A stretch of DNA of 64,000 nt from Syntrophorhabdaceae bacterium. GTDB lineage: Bacteria > Desulfobacterota > Syntrophorhabdia > Syntrophorhabdales > Syntrophorhabdaceae. The first letter of the stretch is position 1, and every line of letters starts with the position of its first letter. The notes beneath the pieces were generated by a model. It was given only the letters and a program-made list of their open reading frames with translations, searched no databases and was not told the origin of the DNA. The stretch is from contig CAXXUO010000003.1 of NCBI GenBank assembly GCA_963666485.2, positions 96,001 to 160,000 on the forward strand. The letters are read 5' to 3'. The translations under genes and the position numbers were made by a program. Shown one piece after another: positions 1 to 10,473 of the stretch.

Positions 1-3000
1 CGCCAGGTCACCGCGCGTTTCAGCGACCAGATGGTGGCGTTCGGAGACCCGCGCCCGGCTGACCCTTTCGATATTCAGTGCCCCGTGAAAGGCAGTGGGC
101 GCTGGATCGACGGCAGGAACTGGTCGTATGATTTTGAAAGCAACCTGCCGGCGGGTGTCTCGTGTGCTTTTTCCTTGAAACCGGGCATAAAGTCCCTCTC
201 CGGGGCCCCTCTCAAGGGCAAACGGGCGTTTTCCTTCAATACCGGTGGTCCGCACGTCCGCATGACGGAGCCCTATGAAGGCGACCAGGTAGAGGAAAAC
301 CAGGCGTTCCTGTTCCGGTTGGACGCCCCGGCGACGGATGCCTCCGTGATCAAGAATGTTTCGTGCTCGATCGAAGGTGTGCGCGAACGCGTCGGTATCA
401 GGCTCTTTACAGGGGCCGAGCGGTCTGATGTGTTGAAAGCCGCGCGGCTTTCGAAGAAGGAACAGGAAAATTCCGTTGTCTTCCAGTGCCGGCAGGCATT
501 TCCCCCCAAGGCAAAGGTCAAGATCGTATGGGGCAAGGGGGTCATGGCGAAAAGCGGAATGGTCACCACGGAGCCCCAGGTCCTGGAATTCAAGGCGCGC
601 GGGCCTTTCACCGCGCGATTTTATTGTATGAAGGAAAAGCCGACAGGCGGGTGCATTCCTTTAAGCCCGATCCGGCTCGCCTTTTCCTCACCCGTATTGA
701 AGAAAGCTGCCGAAAGGATCACAGTTACTGCAGGAAACAGGACATGGAAGGCTAAGGCATATACGCGCGGCGAGACCGAGGTGGAATACCTCGTCTTCGA
801 CGGTCCGTTCCCGGAAAGGAGCACACTCACTATAAACATCCCGGCGGATATGAAAGATTTTTCGGGGCGCACCCTTTCCAATGCAAGTAAATTTCCGCTC
901 GCCGTGAAAACGGACAGGTATCCGGCCCTTGCGAAATTTCCCGAAAAATTCGGGGTTATAGAATCGAAGGAAGGTGCCCTGCTGCCGGTTACGGTCCGCA
1001 ATATCGAGGAGGAGATAAAGACCTGGCTCGACAGGACTGATCAGGACACGCCGGGGCGCGAGCAAGCGGCGCCTGCGCCGAAAACCGGCGATAATAAATC
1101 CGCTGCCGGCAGACCGGCGGCGGATGCGCCCCAGGCGGCACAGGGTAATATTTTCAAGACAGCGGCGGGCAGTGAACAGGCCGTCATAGAATGGCTCTTC
1201 AAGCTTGACAATACCCCGCGGGAACGGTCGGTGCTGAAAGGGGCGAAGAGCGCCAGGGGTTTTTCACTTCCCAAACCGGGAGGTTCCAAAGAATTCGAGG
1301 TGATCGGGATACCCCTTCATGAGCCCGGTTTCTATGTTGTCGAGATCGAGAGCCTCATGCTGGGAACGCGGCTTTTGAAAAACCCGGCACCGGTCTACGT
1401 TCCGACGGGAGCGCTTGTGACAAATATGGCTGCCCATCTCAAGTGGGGCAGGGCATCGTCGCTTGTGTTTGTCACGGCCCTCGATACCGGTTCGCCGGTG
1501 CCCGATGCAGCGGTCACTTTAAGGGACTGCCGGGGCGGGACTATCTGGCAGGGGAGCACCGATCGGGACGGCATCGCCCATATTAACAAGACCTTGCCGA
1601 AAGACCTGCCGGAATGCAAGCATCCGAAGCAGGAAGAAGGCCTGTATTATGATTCTTCGCGAATCCTCTCGGACATAAGGAACGGTCTCTTTGTTTTCGC
1701 GCGCAAGGGCAGCGATATGACCTTCACGCATTCGAACTGGAACGACGGGATCGAATCATGGCGTTTCAACCTGCCGGAGAATTATGGCGAACGTACAGAC
1801 CCTGTCATGGCGCACACAGTGTTTGACAGGACGCTGCTCCGCGCGGGCGAAACCGTTCATATGAAACATTTTACCCGGGTCCGCACTATGGCGGGACTTT
1901 CATTCCCGGCAAACCAGGCCAATTTTAAAGAAGTGGTGATCGCACACGTGGGCAGCAACGAGAAATATGCCCTGCCGATAACGTGGAAACCAAACGGCAC
2001 TGCCGAGAACAGCTGGAAGATACCCGAGACGGCAAAGCTCGGGACATACGAGGTCTATTTCCGCCAGGGCCCGAAATCCGACGGGTACGAGCAGCGGCAG
2101 AGAGCCGGGTCGTTCCGGGTCGAGGAATTCAGGGTTCCCCTCATGCGGGGCTTTATCCGGGGGCCGAAGGAACCGGCCATCAATCCCGGCTCGATCAATT
2201 TTGACATAGATCTGAGATACCTCTCGGGGGGCGGTGCCGCCGACCACGCGGTGAAGGTCCGTGCCGAGATCGAACCGAAGGAAATATCATTCCCCGCCTG
2301 GGACAACTTTTATTTTTCTACCGGGTCCGTAAAGCCGGGCATCGAGGCCGAGGCAGAGGAACGATACGACGAGGACGAGGATACCGGAGAGGATGTGCCG
2401 GCGCGTCGGGGCAGGCGCGACGGGGCCGTACGGCTCAAGACCATCGAGATGAACCTCGACAGGCAGGGGGCGGCGCGGGCGGCCTTCCGGGACCTGCCGA
2501 AGGGCGACACGCCGAGGGATATCTTCACTGAACTGGAATTCAGGGACCCGAATGGCGAAATCCAGACATCGTCCACGCGAATTCCGCTTTATACTTCGGC
2601 CGTTCATGTCGGAATTTCTTCGAGCCATGAACATACGAAGGACAATCTGAAATACCAGGTAGCAGTGGTCGATCTGCAGGGAAGACCGGTCCCCAATGCC
2701 GCAGTGAAAACGAAACTTTTCAAACGCGCGACATATTCCCACAGGCGCAGGATAACAGGCGGGTTCTATGCCTTCGAGCATGTGACCGAGAGGAAGGAGA
2801 TCGGGCAGCACTGCACGGGCAGAACCACCGAAAACGGAATACTGTATTGCGAAGGGAAGGCCCCGGAAACAGGGGAGATCATCATAGAGGCGCAGGCAGC
2901 TGATCCATCCGGGAATATCGCTTTTGCGAAACGGAATATCACCATCTACGGCAAAGAAGACTGGTTCGAGGCCCGCAACGATGACCGCATGGATCTCATA

Positions 3001-5634
3001 CCTGTACGCCGTTCTGTCGAACCGGGTGAGACGATGAGCTTCCAGGTCAAAATGCCGTTCAGGGAGGCCACGGCCCTCATCACCATAGAGCGCGAGGGGA
3101 TCATGGACGCATATGTCAAGACGGTCACGCGGGAGAACCCCGTGGTCGAGGTCCCCGTAAAAAACAATTACGTTCCGAACGTCTTTGTCTCCGCCCTCGT
3201 TGTACGGGGCAGGGTGGCAGGTTCCAAACCAACAGCCATGTTCGACCCGGGGAAGCCTGCCTACAAGCTGGGGATCACCGAGGTGAAGGTGGGCTGGAAG
3301 CCTCACGCCATGAAGGTAAAGGTCACGACGGATAAAAAGGTGTATGCCGTCAGGCAGCCGGTCAAGGCCCACATCGCGGTACGAAAGCACGATGGAGGTG
3401 CTCCGGGGAAGGGCTCCGAGGTGACAGTCGCCGTCGTCGACGAGGGACTGCTCGAGCTCAAGCCGAATACAAGCTGGGCCCTCCTCGAGGCCATGATGCG
3501 CGAGAAGCCGTACGAGATCTCAACGGCGACGTCGCAGATGATGGTGGTCGGCAAGCGGCATTTCGGGCGCAAGGCCCTGCCGCATGGCGGCGGAGGCGGA
3601 AAACAGCTTACCCGGGAACTCTTCGATACCCTGATATACTGGAAGAGCACCGTTCCTCTCAATGATGACGGCGAAGCGGACGTGACATTCAATTTGAACG
3701 ACTCGCTGACCTCTTTTCGCGTTGTGGCGATCGCGGCATCGGGAGCGGAATTGTTCGGTACCGGCGAGGAAAGCATCAGGACAACTCAGGACCTCATGCT
3801 GATCTCGGGCCTGCCGCCGGTCGTCCGGGAGGGTGACAGGTTTGCCGCAGGTTTCACGGTACGCAACACGTCCGACCATGATATGAATGTCGTGGCCGCG
3901 CTGAAGACCACCGACGGCATGGCGGGAACACCTTTTCAGACTGTATCTCTCGCTATTCCGGCGGGACAGGCAAAGGATGCCCTGTGGCAGGTGACCGTGC
4001 CCACCGGGATAACAAAGATCGGGTACGAGGTATCGGTGCAAGATCAGGCAAACGCCCGCGATACGATCAAGGTGTCCCAGAAGGTCGTGCCGGCGGTACC
4101 CTTGAGAGTGTTCCAGGCAACCCTGGCGCAGATCGCCGATACCCTGAAGATGGAGGTCGAGAGGCCGAAGGACGCCGTCCCGGGCCGCGGCGGGATATCC
4201 GTCGGGATGCAGGGCAAGATATCGGAGGGGCTGCAGGGTGTTGTGGATTATATGCGGCGTTATCCCTACGTCTGTCTCGAACAGAAGACGTCGAAGGCCG
4301 TTGCCCTGAAGGACCGCGAGATGTGGAAGGAGATCATGGCGACAATGCCGGCGTACCTCGATCATGACGGGCTCGCAAAATATTTCCCGCTCATGCTGCG
4401 GGGAAGCGATACCCTGACCACATATCTCCTTTTTATAAGCAAAGAGGCAGGGTATGATCTGCCCGATGATATACGCGGCAAAATGATAAAGGGATTGAAA
4501 GGTTTTGTCGAAGGGAAGGTTGTCAGGTATTCATCGCTCAAGACAGCAGACCTGTCGATTCGGAAGATCGCGGCGCTTGCCGCCCTTGCGCACTACAAAG
4601 AGAGCACGAAAGAACTGCTGACGACGATTGACGTTCAGCCAAACCTCTGGCCGACATCGGCGGTCCTGGACTGGATCGAGGTTCTGCGGCATACGCAGGG
4701 CATTCCCGACCGGGACAACAAGCTGAAAGCTGCTTCCAACATTCTACGGAGCCGGCTTAACCTCCAGGGAACAACGATGACTATTTCGACGGAATCAACG
4801 GACCTGCTCTACTGGCTCATGGTGTCGACGGACCTCAACGCGGCAAGGATATTGACGGCCTCCATGGATTTCGATACATGGCGGGAGGATGTCCCCCGCA
4901 TCGCCCGCGGCCTGGCGGGAAGAATGAAGAGGGGCCACTGGGATACGACGACGGCAAATGCGTGGGGGACGATCGCTATGGATAAGTTCTCCAGGAAATA
5001 TGAGGCAGTGCCGGTTTCGGGTACGTCCTCCGTATCACTGGCGAAAAAACAGGAGACGATAGCGTGGGGTGACAAAGGAAAGGGAGGCAGCGTCATGCTC
5101 CCGTGGCCGGACGGGAAAAGTACGCTGAAGGTCGACCATCGGGGCAAGGGCAGGCCGTGGGTAACCGTTCAGAGCATCGCTGCTATACCGCTTAAGACGC
5201 CTCTCTCATCCGGCTACACGATAAAGAAGACGGTGACGGCGGTTGAAAGAAAGTCACCCGACGCCTGGACACGGGGAGATGTGATGCGGGTCAGGCTCGA
5301 AATTAACGCCCAATCCGACATGACGTGGGTTGTCGTCAGCGACCCGATCCCGGCAGGTTCGGCGATCCTGGGAACAGGGCTTGGCCAGGATTCCAGGCTT
5401 CTGTCAAAACAGGGAAATCAGAGAGGCTGGGCGTGGGAGGCGTACCGGGAAAGGTCTTTCGAGGCATTGAGGGTCTATTACGAATTTGTGCCCAAGGGGA
5501 CCTGGACGGTCGAATACTCCATCCGACTCAATAATGACGGGGTCTTCAACATGCCCGAGACCCGCGTTGAAGCGCTCTACGCGCCGGAAATGTTTGGCGA
5601 GGTCCCGAACAGAACGGTCGAGATAAAAAAATAG
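1..5634 (+). CDS. Bacterial alpha-2-macroglobulin (MG2/A2M), 5' end outside the window
   Basis: Frame open from base 1 (RQVTARFSDQM...). >1867 aa with MG2-like 'DRTLLRAGETVH', 'FRVEEFR', Gly-rich bait-like region, thioester motif YPYVCLEQ and C-terminal 'VEALYAPE'. Adjacent to pbpC. Confidence 0.93.
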   Translation, partial: RQVTARFSDQMVAFGDPRPADPFDIQCPVKGSGRWIDGRNWSYDFESNLPAGVSCAFSLKPGIKSLSGAPLKGKRAFSFNTGGPHVRMTEPYEGDQVEENQAFLFRLDAPATDASVIKNVSCSIEGVRERVGIRLFTGAERSDVLKAARLSKKEQENSVVFQCRQAFPPKAKVKIVWGKGVMAKSGMVTTEPQVLEFKARGPFTARFYCMKEKPTGGCIPLSPIRLAFSSPVLKKAAERITVTAGNRTWKAKAYTRGETEVEYLVFDGPFPERSTLTINIPADMKDFSGRTLSNASKFPLAVKTDRYPALAKFPEKFGVIESKEGALLPVTVRNIEEEIKTWLDRTDQDTPGREQAAPAPKTGDNKSAAGRPAADAPQAAQGNIFKTAAGSEQAVIEWLFKLDNTPRERSVLKGAKSARGFSLPKPGGSKEFEVIGIPLHEPGFYVVEIESLMLGTRLLKNPAPVYVPTGALVTNMAAHLKWGRASSLVFVTALDTGSPVPDAAVTLRDCRGGTIWQGSTDRDGIAHINKTLPKDLPECKHPKQEEGLYYDSSRILSDIRNGLFVFARKGSDMTFTHSNWNDGIESWRFNLPENYGERTDPVMAHTVFDRTLLRAGETVHMKHFTRVRTMAGLSFPANQANFKEVVIAHVGSNEKYALPITWKPNGTAENSWKIPETAKLGTYEVYFRQGPKSDGYEQRQRAGSFRVEEFRVPLMRGFIRGPKEPAINPGSINFDIDLRYLSGGGAADHAVKVRAEIEPKEISFPAWDNFYFSTGSVKPGIEAEAEERYDEDEDTGEDVPARRGRRDGAVRLKTIEMNLDRQGAARAAFRDLPKGDTPRDIFTELEFRDPNGEIQTSSTRIPLYTSAVHVGISSSHEHTKDNLKYQVAVVDLQGRPVPNAAVKTKLFKRATYSHRRRITGGFYAFEHVTERKEIGQHCTGRTTENGILYCEGKAPETGEIIIEAQAADPSGNIAFAKRNITIYGKEDWFEARNDDRMDLIPVRRSVEPGETMSFQVKMPFREATALITIEREGIMDAYVKTVTRENPVVEVPVKNNYVPNVFVSALVVRGRVAGSKPTAMFDPGKPAYKLGITEVKVGWKPHAMKVKVTTDKKVYAVRQPVKAHIAVRKHDGGAPGKGSEVTVAVVDEGLLELKPNTSWALLEAMMREKPYEISTATSQMMVVGKRHFGRKALPHGGGGGKQLTRELFDTLIYWKSTVPLNDDGEADVTFNLNDSLTSFRVVAIAASGAELFGTGEESIRTTQDLMLISGLPPVVREGDRFAAGFTVRNTSDHDMNVVAALKTTDGMAGTPFQTVSLAIPAGQAKDALWQVTVPTGITKIGYEVSVQDQANARDTIKVSQKVVPAVPLRVFQATLAQIADTLKMEVERPKDAVPGRGGISVGMQGKISEGLQGVVDYMRRYPYVCLEQKTSKAVALKDREMWKEIMATMPAYLDHDGLAKYFPLMLRGSDTLTTYLLFISKEAGYDLPDDIRGKMIKGLKGFVEGKVVRYSSLKTADLSIRKIAALAALAHYKESTKELLTTIDVQPNLWPTSAVLDWIEVLRHTQGIPDRDNKLKAASNILRSRLNLQGTTMTISTESTDLLYWLMVSTDLNAARILTASMDFDTWREDVPRIARGLAGRMKRGHWDTTTANAWGTIAMDKFSRKYEAVPVSGTSSVSLAKKQETIAWGDKGKGGSVMLPWPDGKSTLKVDHRGKGRPWVTVQSIAAIPLKTPLSSGYTIKKTVTAVERKSPDAWTRGDVMRVRLEINAQSDMTWVVVSDPIPAGSAILGTGLGQDSRLLSKQGNQRGWAWEAYRERSFEALRVYYEFVPKGTWTVEYSIRLNNDGVFNMPETRVEALYAPEMFGEVPNRTVEIKK

Positions 5635-5645
5635 GACCGGTTTTT

Positions 5646-7802
5646 TTGAGACACCCGAAGAAGTCTCATGTAATTATTTGTTCAGTCATCATATTTTTCG
5701 CAGCATGTGCCGCGTTCGCGGGGGGCGTTATCGTTGTTTCACGGTCGGTGAAAGGGATAACGGTCCCGCCGTTTCGTGATGTCAGGGGGTCGTATAAAGC
5801 CTCCGACGTCGTGTTGTTCGACAGGAATAAAGAGATAATACACACACTGAGAACGGACAACTCGGGCAGGAGGCTTGACTGGGCCGGCCTTACCGATGTC
5901 TCAGCCTCCTTTCTCAAGACCGTCATCCTGGGCGAGGACCGGCGGTTCTACAGCCATCACGGCATCGATCCGGGGGCTTTTATCGCAGCGCTCTACCGCA
6001 ACGCCTTTCCGGGAAGACCCCGCGGGGCGAGCACCATCTCGATGCAGGTCGCATCGATCCTCGACACGAACTTAAAACCGGCCAAAGGCCGCCGGAACGT
6101 CAGTCAAAAGTGGCGCCAGGTGCTGGCCGCGATCGCCCTTGAAAAGGCCTGGACAAAAGCGGAGATACTCGAGGCATATATCAATCTGGTGTATTACCGG
6201 GGTGAACTCCAGGGCGTCAGGGCCGCGTCGAGGGGCTTATTTGGCAAGGAACCATCGGGGATAACGCAGTCGGAATCGCTGATCCTTGCCTCCCTCATTG
6301 CGTCGCCAAATGCCCCGTACGAAAAGGTGGCAGAAAGGTCACTGAGGCTCAGTCGGGTCGTGGGCATCGATAGCGACCGGGAAGATATTTATCGTAAAAG
6401 CCGGGAAACCCTGGCATCCGCCTATCGCATAGGGACCGATGTCTCGCTCGCGCCGCACGTCGCCAGGATGCTCCTTACGCCGGGACGCGACAAGGTCATT
6501 TCGACGATTGACGGCAGGGTCCAGAGGTTTGCCCTCGAAAGCCTGAAAAGCAACCTCGCTGCGTTGAAGGAAAGGCATGTATCGGATGGGGCCGTCCTCG
6601 TGGTTGACAATGCGACGGGTGAGGTCCTGGCATACGTGGGAAATGGCGCCGGTACATCGAGCGCGGTGTGGATCGACGGGGTGAAAGCCCGGCGGCAGGC
6701 CGGTTCGACGCTGAAACCATTCCTGTACGAGCTCGCCATCGAAAAAAAATACCTGACCGCCGCATCACTGCTTGAGGATACCCCGGTTGCCATCGCCACG
6801 CCAACGGGCCTTTACGTACCGCAAAATTATGACAATCAGTTCCGGGGCACCGTCAGCGCACGTACCGCGCTCGCTTCTTCCCTGAACGTGCCTGCGGTCA
6901 AGGCCCTCCTTGTTGCCGGCCTTTCGCCGTTTGTCGAAAGGTTAAGAAGCATCGGGTTCCACAGTATTAGCGAGGAGCCAGAATTTTACGGGTATTCTCT
7001 CGCGCTCGGCTCCGCGGATGTCGAGCTCTACGAACTTGTGAATGCCTACCGGTGCCTGGCACGGGGAGGCCTGAGCTCGGCGCTCAGACTGACCTTCGAG
7101 GGCAAGCCTCGCACGGGGGAGCGCATCATGGATGACAAGGCATCGTTCATCGTCGCGCAGATACTCTCGGACAGGGAATCACGGGCAATGACGTTCGGCC
7201 TCGAGAACCCCCTGTCGACGCGTTTCTGGACGGCTGTAAAAACCGGTACGAGCAAGGATATGCGCGACAACTGGTGTATTGGTTTTTCGGCGCGGTACAC
7301 CGTCGGTGTCTGGGTCGGTAACTTTTCCGGGGAACCGATGCGGGATGTGAGCGGGATAAGCGGGGCAGCCCCGATATGGCTCGAGATAATGAATTTCCTT
7401 CACGCTTCGAAGCCATCCCGTGCACCAAAGGCCCCTTCCGGGGTCGTCAGGGCGCGCATAGATTTTGAGAAGAATGTAGAGATGCCCCGTGAAGAGCTGT
7501 TTCTTGCCGGGACAGAGCCGTCCTCCAGGGTGAAGGCAGATACGGCCTATGGCCGGGCACGCATTGTCTATCCGCAGGAAGGTACCCTTATAACGATCGA
7601 CCCCGATATTCCCGCGTCACTTCAGCGCGTCGGTATGCGCTTCGAGCCGGGCGGCAGGAGGTTCAGGTGGATGATCAACGGCAGCGACGCAGGAGCTGAT
7701 GCCCCCGTTTTCCTTTGGGAGCCGAAGCCCGGTTCATACACCGCGACCATTGTCGACCAGAACGGAAAAGTGATGGATTCGGTTGGTTTCGTGGTCCGGT
7801 AA
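5646..7802 (+). CDS. pbpC: Penicillin-binding protein 1C
   Basis: Transglycosylase motifs EDRRFYSHHGID and GASTISMQ; transpeptidase motifs STLK, SLN and KTG; follows A2M. TTG start uncertain. Confidence 0.92.
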   Translation: MRHPKKSHVIICSVIIFFAACAAFAGGVIVVSRSVKGITVPPFRDVRGSYKASDVVLFDRNKEIIHTLRTDNSGRRLDWAGLTDVSASFLKTVILGEDRRFYSHHGIDPGAFIAALYRNAFPGRPRGASTISMQVASILDTNLKPAKGRRNVSQKWRQVLAAIALEKAWTKAEILEAYINLVYYRGELQGVRAASRGLFGKEPSGITQSESLILASLIASPNAPYEKVAERSLRLSRVVGIDSDREDIYRKSRETLASAYRIGTDVSLAPHVARMLLTPGRDKVISTIDGRVQRFALESLKSNLAALKERHVSDGAVLVVDNATGEVLAYVGNGAGTSSAVWIDGVKARRQAGSTLKPFLYELAIEKKYLTAASLLEDTPVAIATPTGLYVPQNYDNQFRGTVSARTALASSLNVPAVKALLVAGLSPFVERLRSIGFHSISEEPEFYGYSLALGSADVELYELVNAYRCLARGGLSSALRLTFEGKPRTGERIMDDKASFIVAQILSDRESRAMTFGLENPLSTRFWTAVKTGTSKDMRDNWCIGFSARYTVGVWVGNFSGEPMRDVSGISGAAPIWLEIMNFLHASKPSRAPKAPSGVVRARIDFEKNVEMPREELFLAGTEPSSRVKADTAYGRARIVYPQEGTLITIDPDIPASLQRVGMRFEPGGRRFRWMINGSDAGADAPVFLWEPKPGSYTATIVDQNGKVMDSVGFVVR

Positions 7803-7857
7803 AAAAGCAGCCTGACCTGTTTCCCCTTTTATTTCAGGATGTCCCGATAAATTTCGC

Positions 7858-7886
7858 TTGACACGTTTTTTGTATGGGAATAAGAT
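7858..7886 (+). promoter_or_regulatory. Sigma70-type promoter for the cold-shock gene
   Basis: TTGACA (7858-7863), 17-bp spacer, TAAGAT (7881-7886). Confidence 0.75.
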
Positions 7887-7935
7887 TGCTGTAAAGGTAA
7901 CTCATTTTATCAAAAAAATAAGGGGGTTACGCAGT

Positions 7936-8139
7936 ATGCCGCAGGGAAAAGTCAAATGGTTCAACGATTCAAAGGGGTATGGTTTTATCGAGCAGGAAGG
8001 TGGCGAAGACGTTTTTGTTCATTTCTCGGCTGTACAGCAGGATGGGTTCAAATCATTGAAAACGGGGGAAAAAGTCGAATTTGAGATAGTAAAGGGACCG
8101 AAGGGCCCCCAGGCAGCCAATGTAGTAAAAGCGGAATAG
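7936..8139 (+). CDS. csp: Cold-shock protein (CspA family)
   Basis: [18 protein letters not shown]...VFVHFSA (RNP1/RNP2). ATG 7936 follows AGGGGG RBS. Confidence 0.96.
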   Translation: MPQGKVKWFNDSKGYGFIEQEGGEDVFVHFSAVQQDGFKSLKTGEKVEFEIVKGPKGPQAANVVKAE

Positions 8140-8474
8140 AAGACCGTAAAACGCAAGACGCAAGAAGTAAGATGTTAGATGTCTGTCGTCATTCCCGACC
8201 CTAAATCAGGTCCGCCTCAGTTCGTAAATCCCGCGAAGAGACAATGTCGCAATTACCCCAATCCGAGTAAGGGGACGTCCTTAACGAGTAAGGGGACGTC
8301 CTTAAGAAAGTAAGTAACCTTATCCCTCGATCAATTTAAACTTCTTGCCCAGCTACCGGATAATCAATTCTGTGATAATTGCCCTACGACCGACTCTAAT
8401 ATTTTGACTTTTCTTACTTTCTTAAGGACGTCCCCTCGATCCTTTACTTCTTGCGTCTTGCGTTTTACGGTCTT
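8140..8474. repeat. Inverted-repeat cassette: 31-bp perfect outer IR (CAAGACG-type heptads) with nested 24-bp IR and 21-bp tandem duplication
   Basis: 8140-8170 AAGACCGTAAAACGCAAGACGCAAGAAGTAA is the reverse complement of 8444-8474. Inner IR 8291-8314/8413-8436. CGAGTAAGGGGACGTCCTTAA x2 at 8264-8305. Confidence 0.9.
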
Positions 8475-9213
8475 TGCTCTTCGCTTCATCCCACAACTTG
8501 TCCATTTCCTCAAGAGTGGCTGAGCGAATGTCTGTATTTTCCTCGATATAACTGAAGCGCTTAATGAACTTGTTCGTGGTTGCCCTGAGCGCATCTTCGG
8601 GGTCCACGGAGAAAAAGCGCGCAATATTGACAATTGTAAAGAGCAGGTCACCTATTTCCTCGCGAACATGTTCCTGATTGCCTGAGGCTTCGGCACCGCG
8701 TAATTCGGCGATCTCCTCCTCCATCTTTTCGTAGACATCATCGATTTTTTGCCAGTCGAAACCGACCTTCGCGGCCCTCTTCGTTATCACGTATGCTCTC
8801 AAGAGTGCCGGCATGGTCGGGGGAATATGAGAGAGAAGGGTGTATTTTTCGTCCTTCTCCTTTTGTTTCAGTTCCTCCCATTTTTCCTCGATCGGCCCGC
8901 CGAGGTCTTTGTTCTCAAAAACATGGGGATGCCGGTGGTACATTTTGCGGTAGACGTTCTCTATGATGTCTTTGATGTCGAAGGCGTTCCGTTCCTGGCA
9001 TATCTGCGCAATGAACACGATATGGAAGAGAAGGTCCCCCAGTTCCTCCTTGAGTTCCGGCAGGTCTTCTTTTTCAATAGCCTCTATTATCTCGTACACC
9101 TCTTCAAGCATGAACGTCTTGAAAGCCGCTATCTTTTGCTTGCGGTCCCACGGGCACCCCTTGTCACTGCGCAGGGTTTCCATGAGTTTGACGAGCTTAT
9201 CGAAGGCTTCCAT
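8422..9213 (-). CDS. mazG: Nucleoside triphosphate pyrophosphohydrolase MazG
   Basis: GCPWDRKQ, EEVYE, EELGDLLF and second domain EEIGDLLF. Confidence 0.95.
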   Translation of the reverse strand: MEAFDKLVKLMETLRSDKGCPWDRKQKIAAFKTFMLEEVYEIIEAIEKEDLPELKEELGDLLFHIVFIAQICQERNAFDIKDIIENVYRKMYHRHPHVFENKDLGGPIEEKWEELKQKEKDEKYTLLSHIPPTMPALLRAYVITKRAAKVGFDWQKIDDVYEKMEEEIAELRGAEASGNQEHVREEIGDLLFTIVNIARFFSVDPEDALRATTNKFIKRFSYIEENTDIRSATLEEMDKLWDEAKSKDRKTQDARSKGSRGRP

Positions 9214-10473
9214 TTACCTGCCCCCGCTTGAACGGGCGGCATCGATCCTGTTCATTATGATGTCTGCGGTCTCTTCCATGACGTGTGTTTGTTGAGAAAC
9301 TATTTCCCTGCCGGCGGTCTGGGTGGAGCTATAAAAGCCTTTATCCCCGAGCAGGCTGACTATGACGTTGTGTATTTCACGGCCCGACCGTACGAGGAAA
9401 CCGGCTTTCTTGTCGAGGATTGCCTCAGCGATATCACGGAAGGTGTCCGTAAAAGGGCCGAACAGGACGGGCGTGCCGACAAAGAGGGGTTCGAGCATAT
9501 TCTGGCCGCCGTACGGTGCGAGCGACCCGCCAACGAAGGCCACGGAACTGTGGCCATAAATCCCCTGGAGGTCGCCGACAGTATCCACGATAACGATCTC
9601 AGCACCGCTGCCGGTGCCACCCTTTATCCGGGAGTACCGGGCGGTGCTGTATTTTTTTGACAGGTCTGTCTCAATGTCTTCCGCGAGGTGAAGCTCGCGG
9701 GGAGCTATGTAATACCTGGATGACGGAAAAGTCTTTTTTAAGAGATCTATGGCGGAATAAACCTCTTCAAGCTCCTTTTCCTTAACGCTTCCGAACGTGA
9801 TGATCGTTTCGTTGTCCGCCTTATCGTGAAGGCCTTCGACGGCAGGCCGGTAATACTTGACGTTTCCGGTAACAAAGATGTTACGGGGGGCCATACCGAT
9901 CGATATGAACCTGTCCCGGTGCTCTTTCGACTGGGCTATCACACTGTCCATCGAGGCAAATACCGACCTCATAAAAAGAGATAACCTCTGATATGTCTTC
10001 AGGGTCCTGTCGGATATTCGCCCGTTTACCATGATAAAAGGGATACTTCTCTTTCGGGCCTCCCACACGAGGTTGGGCCAGATCTCGGTCTCCACGACAA
10101 TGATCGAGGAAGGCTTACAACGATCGAGGAACCGGCAAACCGAGAAATGAAGGTCGAAAGGAAGGGTCTCGCACATGAGCTCATAACCCTGTGCCGTTTT
10201 TTTCTTCAACATTTCCTCGGCATAGTATGTATTGGTGGTAATAAGGAAACGGGACAGACCTCCGGCCGATGACAGGTAGTCCGCGAGATTGCGGGCGATC
10301 ACAGCCTCGCCGATCGACGCACCATGGATCATGACGGACCCGGCGGGGATATTGTCGCCCCGGGGCATAAGTCTGCGCCGGAAGTTGGGCTTCATCTTGG
10401 CATTCGTGAGTCCGACGAGAACGAGAAAGGGCAGGGCGCACAGGGTAAAGATGTTGTAGATCAATTTCCACAT
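9214..10473 (-). CDS. waaA: 3-deoxy-D-manno-octulosonic acid (Kdo) transferase
   Basis: HGASIGE, VETEIWPN, NGRISDR, FVGGSL..GGQNMLEP; lipid A operon context. Confidence 0.92.
   Translation of the reverse strand: MWKLIYNIFTLCALPFLVLVGLTNAKMKPNFRRRLMPRGDNIPAGSVMIHGASIGEAVIARNLADYLSSAGGLSRFLITTNTYYAEEMLKKKTAQGYELMCETLPFDLHFSVCRFLDRCKPSSIIVVETEIWPNLVWEARKRSIPFIMVNGRISDRTLKTYQRLSLFMRSVFASMDSVIAQSKEHRDRFISIGMAPRNIFVTGNVKYYRPAVEGLHDKADNETIITFGSVKEKELEEVYSAIDLLKKTFPSSRYYIAPRELHLAEDIETDLSKKYSTARYSRIKGGTGSGAEIVIVDTVGDLQGIYGHSSVAFVGGSLAPYGGQNMLEPLFVGTPVLFGPFTDTFRDIAEAILDKKAGFLVRSGREIHNVIVSLLGDKGFYSSTQTAGREIVSQQTHVMEETADIIMNRIDAARSSGGR

Noticed and set aside
2287..4365. Long antisense ORFs inside A2M (similar ones lie opposite the kinase, secD, PMM, rng and ftsH)
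   Set aside because: Shadow ORFs expected from codon bias; no motifs.
7858..7935. 93-aa cold-shock ORF starting at TTG 7858
   Set aside because: That TTG is the -35 box; the RBS and ATG are at 7936.
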